A DNA stretch of 64,000 bases from Bryobacterales bacterium. Its GTDB lineage: Bacteria; Acidobacteriota; Terriglobia; Bryobacterales; UBA6623. This document shows, in pieces, positions 1 through 11,848 of the stretch. Numbering within the stretch: position 1 is the first letter of the stretch; every line of letters begins with the position of its first letter. The notes below the pieces were generated by a model. It was not told the DNA's origin, searched no databases, and saw only the letters and a list, made by a program, of their open reading frames with translations. The stretch spans positions 736,001-800,000 of the forward strand of contig OY729427.2 of NCBI GenBank assembly GCA_963422375.2. Direction: 5' to 3'. Both the position numbers and the translations under genes were made by a program.

Positions 1-816
1 GCCGGCGGGCGAGCGGCGCGGTGCGCTCGACCGGCTGGCTGCCGCGGCGCGGGAAGGGCAAGCGGTCCGAGCGGCACCGTTTTCGCCGGACGGCCGCGGC
101 GCCCCTGCGCCAGGGCCGCGACGCCCTGCGGGGCACTTGGATCGAGTACGCCGTGGAGCGCGACGGCAAGCGCACCTGCGCCAACAGCTTCTTCACCGGT
201 CTCGCGGTCACCGCGGACAACGCGGAGCGGATCGCGCGCGCCGGCCGGGCGCGCTGGAAGATCGAGAACGAGGGCTGCAACTGCCTGGCGCGGCACGGCC
301 GCAACTGCAAGCGCAACTTCGGGCACGGCAAGGAAGGGCCGGCCAACGTGCCGGCCGTGCCGAACCCGTTCGCCTTCGCGCTCCACGCCGTGGTGCAGTG
401 CGTCTGCGCGCTGCGGCAGCAGTGCCGGCGCCAGCCGGTCACGCCCCGCGCCCTGTTCCAGGAGCTGTTCCAGGAGCTGCAGGTCGCGCTGCGCTGGTTC
501 CGCTTCCCGGACTGGCCGACTCTGCTGGCGGCGGTGCGCGCCTCCGGGCTGCCAGGCGGCCGGGCGGCCGGGGCCTGGACTCCGCGCAGTTTCGTGCCGG
601 CAGCGGCCGGCCGTCAAAGCCGGCTACCGCCGGAGTGCGTCCGGCCGCGGGCTCGGCACTCCGCGGACCCGCGACGCGGGCCGCACCACGGCCCTGCCCG
701 CCGTCCGACGCTCCCGCGGGGCGGCCTCGGGAGCGCAACCTCTCGGTCAACTTACTCACCTCATCCTCCGAAACAACGTTCACGCACCCCCTTGACGGCT
801 AAGTTTAGAACCGCTG
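1..816 (+). mobile_element. Degenerate IS remnant (ISNCY-like DDE transposase, 3' half), cut by the window edge
   Basis: Frame of ORF 21.. reads 'IARAGRARWKIENEGCN...NFGHGKEG', matching the RxRWKIENE..N..NFGHG pattern I recall for ISNCY-type transposases, with many non-conservative changes. 12-bp tandem duplication ctgttccaggag at 453-476. Probable right end 'ttagaaccgctg' at 805-816, resembling the TTAGAATTGCTG terminus I recall for this group. Confidence 0.7.
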
Positions 817-917
817 ACCGGGCGGAGCACCGCGAGCCCGGCCCGGCCTCCGCCCTGCGGCGGGCTCGCGTCACGGGCCGCGAATGCCGCAAGCTAGAGA
901 AAGGTGAGACCGGCAGG

Positions 918-2015
918 ATGAGCGTCACCACGTCCTTCGCTCGATTCGACTCGATCGAACTCGATTGCGGCCACGCACTCGCCCCCGTGGACGTCGCCTA
1001 CGAGACCTACGGGACGCTGAACGCGGAGCGGTCGAACGCCATCCTAGTGCTACATGCCTTCTCGGGCGACGCCCACGCGGCCGGCATCAGCGCCGAGACC
1101 GGCAGGCCCGGCTGGTGGGACAACATGGTCGGCCCCGGCAAAGCGTTCGACACTCGCAAGTACTTCGTGATCTCGACCAACGTGCTCGGCGGGTGTAACG
1201 GCACCACGGGGCCGAGCTCGACGGACCCGGCCACCGGTCGGCGGTACGGGTCGCAGTTCCCGGCGATCTCGATCGCCGACATGGTCCGGCTGCAGCAGAT
1301 GCTGACCGATTCGCTGGGTATCCGGCGCCTGCTGAGCGTGTCGGGCGGCTCGATGGGTGGCATGCAGGCGCTGCAGTGGGCGGTCTCCTACCCCGACCGG
1401 GTGGCATCCGTGATCCCCATAGCCACGACGCACCGCCACTCGGCGCAGCAGATCGCCTTCAACGAGGTGGGCCGCCAAGCAATCCTAGCCGACCCGGACT
1501 TCAACGGCGGCGAATACTACGACGGCAAGTATCCCGAGCGGGGCCTTGCCGTGGCCCGGATGGTCGGGCACATCACCTACATGAGCGACGATTCCATGCG
1601 CGAGAAGTTCGGCCGGAGAAGGCGAGCCGCAGCCGGACAGGACGACATGTTCGAGGTCGAGAGCTACCTGCGCTACCGCGGAGTGCAGTTCGTCAGCCGC
1701 TTCGACGCCAACGCATACATCGTGATCACCCGGGCGATGGACACGTTCGACATCGCGGGAGCCAGCGGGGAGCTAGAGGACTGCTTCACGCACGGCGAGG
1801 CGCGCTTCCTCGTGCTGAGCTTCACGTCGGACTGGCTCTACCCCAGCTACCAGTCCCAAGAGATCGTGCGCGCCCTGCGCTCTCGCAATCGCGACGTGGC
1901 CTACATCGAGCTCGAATCCAATTACGGCCACGATGCCTTCCTGCTCGAGGCGGGCGAGCAGACCGCCCTGATCCAGGGCTTCCTCGAGAACACGTTTCAG
2001 CGCCTGGCCGCGTAG
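918..2015 (+). CDS. metX: Homoserine O-acetyltransferase
   Basis: ATG at 918 in the 21..2015 frame. Motifs YETYG, HAFSGDAH, GWWDNMVGPGK, GGSMGGMQ (nucleophile elbow), RFDAN, HDAFL. Confidence 0.93.
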   Translation: MSVTTSFARFDSIELDCGHALAPVDVAYETYGTLNAERSNAILVLHAFSGDAHAAGISAETGRPGWWDNMVGPGKAFDTRKYFVISTNVLGGCNGTTGPSSTDPATGRRYGSQFPAISIADMVRLQQMLTDSLGIRRLLSVSGGSMGGMQALQWAVSYPDRVASVIPIATTHRHSAQQIAFNEVGRQAILADPDFNGGEYYDGKYPERGLAVARMVGHITYMSDDSMREKFGRRRRAAAGQDDMFEVESYLRYRGVQFVSRFDANAYIVITRAMDTFDIAGASGELEDCFTHGEARFLVLSFTSDWLYPSYQSQEIVRALRSRNRDVAYIELESNYGHDAFLLEAGEQTALIQGFLENTFQRLAA

Positions 2016-2674
2016 GCGCGAGGAGGCACGGCGCTGGCCCTCCGGATGTAGTTCGCCTCGACCTCCGCGGGATCCCTGCGTTCCGCGACGGCGAGGTCGA
2101 CCGACGCCAGCAGCGCCACGGAGCGGGCGAGGCAGGACCGAATCAGCCGCCGGGCTCCCAGCGGCGTGCCCGCGGCCGGCCCGCCGGGACCGAAGATCCC
2201 GGGCTCGTTGGCGGCCAGCACGCGGTCGAAGCCGCGCAACGCGGGAGCCAGCTCCTCCCAACGCCCCATCATCTCCGGCACGCGCGGTTCGCGCGCCTCG
2301 CCGTAGCAGCCCGCGAAGAGGTCGCCGCGTCGCGCGTCAAGCAGGGCGGCGACCGGTCCCGGGTCCCCCGCCGCACGGGCGAGAGCCCGCAGGCTCGAGA
2401 CCCCGAGCAACGGCTTGCCGCTAGCCTCCGCCAAGGCCTTGGCCGCGCCGAGGCCGACGCGAATGCCGGTGAACGACCCCGGGCCCGTGGCCGCCGCGAA
2501 TCCGTCCATGGCGTCCAGCGGGAGGGGGACGGAGGCGAGCAGGCGCTCGATGGCCCCGAACAGGACCTCGCCGAAACCCGGCCCGGCACCTAGGGACAGG
2601 GACTCGACGCGGCCGGCGACCAGGACAGCCACGCTACCCACGCCGCGAGCCGTGTCGATCGCCAGCAGGTTCAT
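1997..2674 (-). CDS. tsaB: tRNA threonylcarbamoyladenosine biosynthesis protein TsaB
   Basis: LLAIDTA N-terminus; GPGSFTGIRVG; DARRG; C-terminal NYIR. Confidence 0.92.
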   Translation of the reverse strand: MNLLAIDTARGVGSVAVLVAGRVESLSLGAGPGFGEVLFGAIERLLASVPLPLDAMDGFAAATGPGSFTGIRVGLGAAKALAEASGKPLLGVSSLRALARAAGDPGPVAALLDARRGDLFAGCYGEAREPRVPEMMGRWEELAPALRGFDRVLAANEPGIFGPGGPAAGTPLGARRLIRSCLARSVALLASVDLAVAERRDPAEVEANYIRRASAVPPRAYAARR

Positions 2675-2690
2675 TGGCGGGCTTCGGGAC

Positions 2691-5315
2691 TCAGGCCCTG
2701 CGGGCGCGGGCCCTGGGCTTCGGCCGACCGCTTGCGGCTATGCGCGCCTGGCGTGCCTGCAGGAGACTAACGGCTTGCTCCATGGTCAGCTCCTCGGGCC
2801 GGAGCCCGCGCGGCAGGGAGGCGTTGATCTCCCCGTCGCTGACGTACGGCCCGTAGCGGCCCGAGAGGACCTTGAGCTCCTTCTCCGACACCGGATGCAT
2901 GCCAAGCAGCCTCAGTTGCTGGGCGCGAGCCTGGCGGCGACGGCCCGACTTCTCCTGCGCCAGCAGCGCCAAGGCCTCTTTCAGCGTGATCTTGAACGGA
3001 CTAGCACCTTCGGGCAGCGAGCGGATTTCGTCACCGCACTTGACGAACGGACCGAAGCGACCGTTGGCGGCCACCACCTCCGAGCCGCTGTCGGGATGGA
3101 CGCCTAGCCCGCGCGGGAGCGAAAGGAGCAGGAGCGCCCGATCAAGGTCGATCGCGTCCGGGGCGTCACCCTGCATCAGGGAAGCGCGCTTCACCTCGGC
3201 CCCGCCGTCCTGATCCCCGAGCTGCACGAACGGGCCGTACCGCCCCTGCTTGAGGTAGACAGGCAGCTGCGTCGCGGGGTCCTTGCCGAGAGGCGCGGGG
3301 GCCTTGCTGGCGATCTGGAGCATATCCCGGGCCTTGCCGAGGCTCAGCTCGTCCGGCGCGATGTCGTCGGGCAAGCTGCAGCGGGAGGCACCGTCGGTCA
3401 GGAACGGGCCGTAGCGGCCGATCCGCACCTCCACCTGCGCACCGCCCTCGAGACTCCCGAGCGGCAAGCCGCACACCTTGCGCGGGTCGATATCCTTCTC
3501 CCCGGCCTGCACTAAGGGCTGCAGGCCGAGGTGCCGCTCTCCGAAGTAGAAGCCCTTGAGATAGTCGAGCCGTCCCAGCTCGCCGCGGGCGATCGCGTCG
3601 AGCTGGTCCTCGAGCTTCGCGGTGAAGGCATAGTCGGCTAGATGGGCGAAATGCTCCTCCAGCAGGCCCACGACGGCCATCGCAGTGAAGGTAGGCACCA
3701 GCGCCCCGCCCCGCTTGAACGCGTACGCCCGGCTCTGAACGACATCGACGATGCTCGCCCACGTGCTTGGCCGACCGATGCCGAGCCGCTCGAGCTCGCG
3801 GATCAGGTGGCCCTCGGTGTAGCGCTGCGGCGCCTGCGTGCGGCGCTCGGTGGCCTCCACGGACTCGATGTCCACGAGCTCGCCCGCGCTCAACTTGGGC
3901 AGCGACGTCTCCTTGGCGCCCCCGGCCGGGCCGCTCCCCGCATCGATCGAGTAGGCCTTGAGAAAGCCCTCGAAGTCGTAGGTCCTGCCGGAGGCGCGGA
4001 AGCGCGCCTCCCCCGAGTCCACACGCACGGTGGAATTGGTGCCGCGCGCGTCGCGCATCTGGCTGGCCAGGGTCCGCCGCCAGACCATTTCGTACAGCTT
4101 GGCCGCCTCGGCGCCGAGGAGCTTGCGGACCTCGCTGATCGCGCGGAACTTCCCGCCCGCCGGGCGGATTGCCTCGTGCGCCTCCTGCGCGTTCTTGACC
4201 TCGTTGCGGTAATAGCGAACGGATTCAGACAGGTACTCGGGGCCGAAGCGGCTCGCGATCAGTCCGCGCGCCGCGGCCTTGGCCTCGTCCGACAGCGCCG
4301 TCGAGTCGGTGCGCATGTAGGTGATGAAACCGTTCTCGTAGAGCTGCTGGGCGACGCTCATCGTGTGGCGCGCCTGGAAGCGCAGCTTGCTGTTCGCCTC
4401 CTGCTGCAGGGTGCTGGTGACGTAGGGAGCCTGCGGCGACGAGGTGAAGGGCTTCTCCTCGACCGAGGCGACCCGGGCCTCCGCCCCCGCCGCCCGCATC
4501 GCGGCCTCGATGCGCCTGGCGTCCTCGGCCTCGAGGAGCGTCGGCCTGGCCCGCGACCGGCCGGAATCGGCCTTCAGGTTGCCGGTGTCGGGGTCGAAGT
4601 CCTTGCCCGTGGCGACGCGCTTGCCGGCCACCTCGACCAGATCGGCCTCAAACTCGGAGCCGACGGCGGAGAAGCGCGCCTTGAGGCCCCAGTAACTCGC
4701 CTGCGTGAATCGGGTCCTCGCGCGCTCGCGCTCCACCAGCAGGCGCACCGCGACGCTCTGCACGCGCCCGGCGCTCAGCCGGGGGGCCATCTTCTTCCAC
4801 AGCAGGGGGCTGACCTCGTACCCGAAGAGACGGTCGACGATCCGACGGGTCTCCTGCGCGCTGACCAAGGCCTGGTTGATGTCGCGGGGGGACTCGAGGG
4901 CCTTGCGGATGGCGTCCTTCGTGATCTCGTGGAATACAAGCCGCTTGAACGGCACCCGCGGCCCGAGCAGGTCCAGCAGGTGCCAGCTGATCGACTCCCC
5001 CTCCCGGTCCTCGTCCGTGGCGAAGAAGATGCGCTGGGCCCGCTTGACGGCGGCACGCATCTTGGTGACGATTTCCTTCTTCTCCTTGGGAACGACGTAG
5101 AGAGGCTTGAAGTCGGCCTCGACATTCACCCCCAGCCGGGCCCACGGCTCCTTCTTGAGCTTGGCGGGGATCTCCGTAGCGCTGTTGGGCAGGTCGCGGA
5201 CATGGCCGACCGAGGCCTGGACCTCGTAGCCGTCCGGCAGGAAGCCCTTGATCGTGCGGGCCTTGGTGGGCGACTCGACGATCACTAGGACGCTCGGGGT
5301 GGTTGACGCAGCCAT
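2691..5315 (-). CDS. topA: DNA topoisomerase I (type IA) with C-terminal GRYGP-type repeats, no Cys4 zinc ribbons
   Basis: LVIVESPTKA, GHVRDL, ATDEDREGE, SAGRVQS, catalytic ITYMRTD, QEAHEAIRP, GIGRPST; four G-R-[YF]-G-P repeats. Confidence 0.97.
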   Translation of the reverse strand: MAASTTPSVLVIVESPTKARTIKGFLPDGYEVQASVGHVRDLPNSATEIPAKLKKEPWARLGVNVEADFKPLYVVPKEKKEIVTKMRAAVKRAQRIFFATDEDREGESISWHLLDLLGPRVPFKRLVFHEITKDAIRKALESPRDINQALVSAQETRRIVDRLFGYEVSPLLWKKMAPRLSAGRVQSVAVRLLVERERARTRFTQASYWGLKARFSAVGSEFEADLVEVAGKRVATGKDFDPDTGNLKADSGRSRARPTLLEAEDARRIEAAMRAAGAEARVASVEEKPFTSSPQAPYVTSTLQQEANSKLRFQARHTMSVAQQLYENGFITYMRTDSTALSDEAKAAARGLIASRFGPEYLSESVRYYRNEVKNAQEAHEAIRPAGGKFRAISEVRKLLGAEAAKLYEMVWRRTLASQMRDARGTNSTVRVDSGEARFRASGRTYDFEGFLKAYSIDAGSGPAGGAKETSLPKLSAGELVDIESVEATERRTQAPQRYTEGHLIRELERLGIGRPSTWASIVDVVQSRAYAFKRGGALVPTFTAMAVVGLLEEHFAHLADYAFTAKLEDQLDAIARGELGRLDYLKGFYFGERHLGLQPLVQAGEKDIDPRKVCGLPLGSLEGGAQVEVRIGRYGPFLTDGASRCSLPDDIAPDELSLGKARDMLQIASKAPAPLGKDPATQLPVYLKQGRYGPFVQLGDQDGGAEVKRASLMQGDAPDAIDLDRALLLLSLPRGLGVHPDSGSEVVAANGRFGPFVKCGDEIRSLPEGASPFKITLKEALALLAQEKSGRRRQARAQQLRLLGMHPVSEKELKVLSGRYGPYVSDGEINASLPRGLRPEELTMEQAVSLLQARQARIAASGRPKPRARARRA

Positions 5316-5384
5316 AGTGCTTGCTTCCCTTTCTATAGCACCTATGGCGGGGACGGCAGCGGCCGGGGGATCGAGCGACGCGGA

Positions 5385-5978
5385 TCAGCGGTGGCGGCCG
5401 ATCTCGTAAACGTAAATCGGCTGCTCTGCCCCGCTCACCGGAACCGTCACCGTCTTCGACGGGTTCCAGTCCGGTATTTCCCACTTGTAGCACGCGACCC
5501 GCGCGCCGGGGCGCAGCTCCGCCTCCAGCTTCGGGCTCAGCCGCCGGTTCGCGGAGGTCATCAGGAACAGCGTCACAACGGTTGCCGACGAGAGGTCGGC
5601 CTCGAAGATGTCCCTCTGGATGATCTCGACGCGCTCCTGAACGCCGGCTGCTCTGATCGCCGAGCGCGCCTCGTCGACCAAGTCGGCATTGATTTCGTAG
5701 CCCACGCCCCGCGCGCCGCGGCTCCTCGCGGCGCGCAGCAGGATGCGTCCGTCGCCGGATCCCAAGTCGACCACTACATCGCCCTCGGACACTCCGACTT
5801 CCTCGAGCATGCGGTCGATCACGTGCCACGGGGTCGGGACGAACGGAGCCACGCTGCGCGGATCCAGCAGCGGTGCTGGCTGCTGGGCCGCCGCGCGAGC
5901 GGCCGGCGCCAAGGCGACGGCGGCCACCCCCGCCAGGCGCGCGCCGATGCCGAGCAGGGCCCGTCTTCCTCGCGTCAT
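5385..5978 (-). CDS. Class I SAM-dependent methyltransferase with N-terminal signal peptide
   Basis: PFVPTP...DLGSGDGR...GYEI...ATVVTLFL. Start MTRGRRALL followed by a hydrophobic stretch and AxA. Confidence 0.85.
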   Translation of the reverse strand: MTRGRRALLGIGARLAGVAAVALAPAARAAAQQPAPLLDPRSVAPFVPTPWHVIDRMLEEVGVSEGDVVVDLGSGDGRILLRAARSRGARGVGYEINADLVDEARSAIRAAGVQERVEIIQRDIFEADLSSATVVTLFLMTSANRRLSPKLEAELRPGARVACYKWEIPDWNPSKTVTVPVSGAEQPIYVYEIGRHR

Positions 5979-6243
5979 GCTCACTCCCCGCTGGGACGCT
6001 CCGAATCCGTCATTACTATAGCCCCGCCTGCGCGCGTCCGGTGCGAGACGAACGCGGCCAAGGGAACCGGGGCCGAGGCGGCGCGAGGCGACCGAGCGGT
6101 CGCGCCGGAGCACCCGAGCGAGACGGGACGAGCCGCCTGCACCCAAGCGATCCGGAGCCGGCAGGCGACGGACATCCGGTTTCCGGTCGCGGAAAGGGCC
6201 GCGCCGAGGAGGCGCGGCCCTTGATAGGTAGCCGGCGTGCCGG

Positions 6244-9621
<3,378 letters not shown>

Positions 9622-9729
9622 GGTTAATCCTCCTGTTGTAAACGCTGGACTCCTGCGCCCAGACGGCGGCCGCCTAGCTCCCCTCCGGCCTGGGCCGACT
9701 CAAGGAACCCCGCAACCAAAGACGGGTAA

Positions 9730-9738
9730 ATTGTAGCA
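9730..9738 (-). promoter_or_regulatory. Putative extended -10 element (TGCTACAAT) for the TonB receptor
   Basis: Plus-strand attgtagca = TGnTACAAT on minus, about 110 nt upstream of the start. Confidence 0.5.
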
Positions 9739-9788
9739 CGCCCGGCACGCAGCGCCTCTGACGGTGCCGCGCGCCGATCCGTAACCCT

Positions 9789-9796
9789 TTTGAGAA
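9789..9796. repeat. 8-bp target-site duplication TTTGAGAA, left copy (right copy at 11298-11305)
   Basis: Identical octamer immediately outside both IS1595 TIRs. Confidence 0.92.
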
Positions 9797-11297
9797 GGGA
9801 ATTATATATCTGAGTGCCGACAACGCCATGTCGGCCTAGAACTGCTGTGAGCAGGGAGGTGGGTGTCGAGCTCGGGTCATTCGAGTGCGGCCGCGGCAGG
9901 CACGGAGGGGTGGGATCGTATCTGAATCGAGCCTGCCAGCGGATTGGACGAGGAAGGGACTAGAGAGGCCGCCTCGCATGCCCCGGTGGAACCCGGTTGG
10001 CGGTGGCAGGGCACCCCTTGCAAGCCGCTTGCAAGCCCTGCGAGGGCCGAAGACAGCGGATCCCCGGCGCTCGACGGCCTGCATGGACGGTCCGGGCCGG
10101 ACCGGGGTCGCACCGGGGCATGCCGGATCCGCTGCGCCCCTCGTACCGAGCGTGAAGAGCGCGTCCGCAGCGGGCTGCCGTGCTCAGCGCGGCGGGCGCC
10201 GCTCAGGCCGCGACCGCGGCCTTGCCGGTCAGCTGCCGGTAGGTCAGCGTCCGGCCGACCAAGCCCCGCGCTATGCGCCGCATCCGTTCCGCCGTGTCGC
10301 AGTCGCGGTCGTTGCGCCGTCCCGCGAACTCCGTGAGGTAGCGGCCGAGATGACGGACGCTCATCCGGTGATAGGTTCCGTACAGGCCGCGCTTGAACAG
10401 GGACCGGAACGATTCGATGCCGTTCGTATGCGCTGCCCCGCGCACGTACTCGCCGCCGGAGTGCCTGACGGCTTCGTGCGCGAACTCCGCCATGCCGGCG
10501 CAGGCCGCCGCCTCGTCGGAGCGGAGCTGCGCCCCCGGCGCGACGCGGGCGCGCACGAAGCCCTGCAGGTCGCCCTTGGCGGTGCCCGGCAGCGGCCGCG
10601 CGGCCACTGCGTTCGTGGCGCGGTCCCGCGCCCCCGCCACGGGCGTCTTGCCGACGGGCCCGCGCCCGGCACGGGCCTTCTTCCTCTCGTGCTTGTTGCG
10701 CTCCTTGCCGCCGACGCAGGTCTCGTCCACCTCCACCGGGCCGGCGAACAGGCCCCGATGCCGCTCCCAGCACGCGCGGATGCGGTGCGCCAGGTGCCAG
10801 GCCGACTTCCGGCTGATGCCTAGGTCGCGATGCAGCTTCATGCCGGAGACGCCCTTGAGGCCGGTGGTCAGCAGGAACAGGGCCACGCCCCGGACGCGGT
10901 AGCCGAGCTTGGTGTCGGCCGTCACGCTGCCGGTGCGCACGGAAAAGCGCTTGCCGCAGCCGCGGCAACGGTACGGCATCGAAGGGTGGGCCGCGTCGGA
11001 CTGCACGCTGGAGCCGCGGCAGCGGGGGCACGCGGGACCGTCCGGCCAGCGCATGGAGGCGAACCACTTTTCCGCGGATTCGTCATCGGGGAACATGGCG
11101 ATCACTTCGATCAATGTGATGCCTTTACGGAACCACTTTCCGGGGCCTTATTTCTTCATTTACGGTATCCCCTACTGGAACTATTCTACCAAGAAAAACC
11201 ACAGAATGTCAACGGAAATTCGGAAGAAATATGAAATCTTATTATGGCTTGATAATTTGCCTACTTGATTCCCTCGGCACTCAGATATATAATTCCC
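9797..11297 (-). mobile_element. IS1595-family insertion sequence, 1501 bp
   Basis: Perfect 24-bp TIRs GGGAATTATATATCTGAGTGCCGA (9797-9820) and its reverse complement (11274-11297); 8-bp TSD; internal IS1595 transposase. Confidence 0.95.
10203..11159 (-). pseudogene. IS1595 transposase, probably inactivated (in-frame TAA at codon 4; open from 11114)
   Basis: Zinc ribbon CPRC..CRGC; VEVDETCVGG; SDE; HTNGIES..KRG. The 5' end reads ATG AAG AAA TAA GGC CCC GGA AAG (MKK*GPGKWFRKGITL). Confidence 0.82.
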
Positions 11298-11848
11298 TTT
11301 GAGAACCAACAACTAACGGCGACACTGCGAGTGCCGCCAGCGCTGCGGTCACCCTGTGGCGAACTCGGCCGCAAACTCAAGGCCGGGACAGGCGGAAACC
11401 GACGCAGGCACTGGCCGGATGTCGAGACAGCGCCGATGGCCCCGGGCCAAGGTCCGGGGGCGTGCTGACCCTGCCCGCAGCCCCGCTACCGGCTGCGCTG
11501 CCGCTCCCTCCAAGCTGCGACGGGAGCGGGCTGGCCCGGTCGATTCCCAACACCCGGAGGACGGTAGATTCGAAGGGCCGGGGGTCGCGGCGATGGCGAT
11601 CCAGCGGGAGGATCCTGCGCGGCGCGGACCTGACGAAAACCCGCCCTTACCCCGCTCCCGGTCGGCCTGGGACGCTATCGCGCCTTGCCTGCTCGGCACT
11701 GCTGCCCGTCTGCTCCAACCGCTGCGGAGATACCGCGAACCGCCTTCCCCGGGGCGAATCCGGCAGATTCCGAGACCTTTCGCGGGGCGCGGAATCGCCG
11801 GTCCTCGATCACAGTGCTAGTATCAATCCATAGCGCTCACGCGAGGGC

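Noticed and set aside
21..2015. 664-aa transposase-MetX fusion
   Set aside because: The IS remnant simply lacks an in-frame stop; MetX homology begins at ATG 918 and the linker is low-complexity.
9837..9847. 'tagaactgctg', similar to the putative ISNCY end at 806-816
   Set aside because: No partner end or transposase sequence; too short to support a nested element.
10017..10036. cttgcaagc repeated twice within the IS
   Set aside because: Only two short copies, no array and no assignable function.
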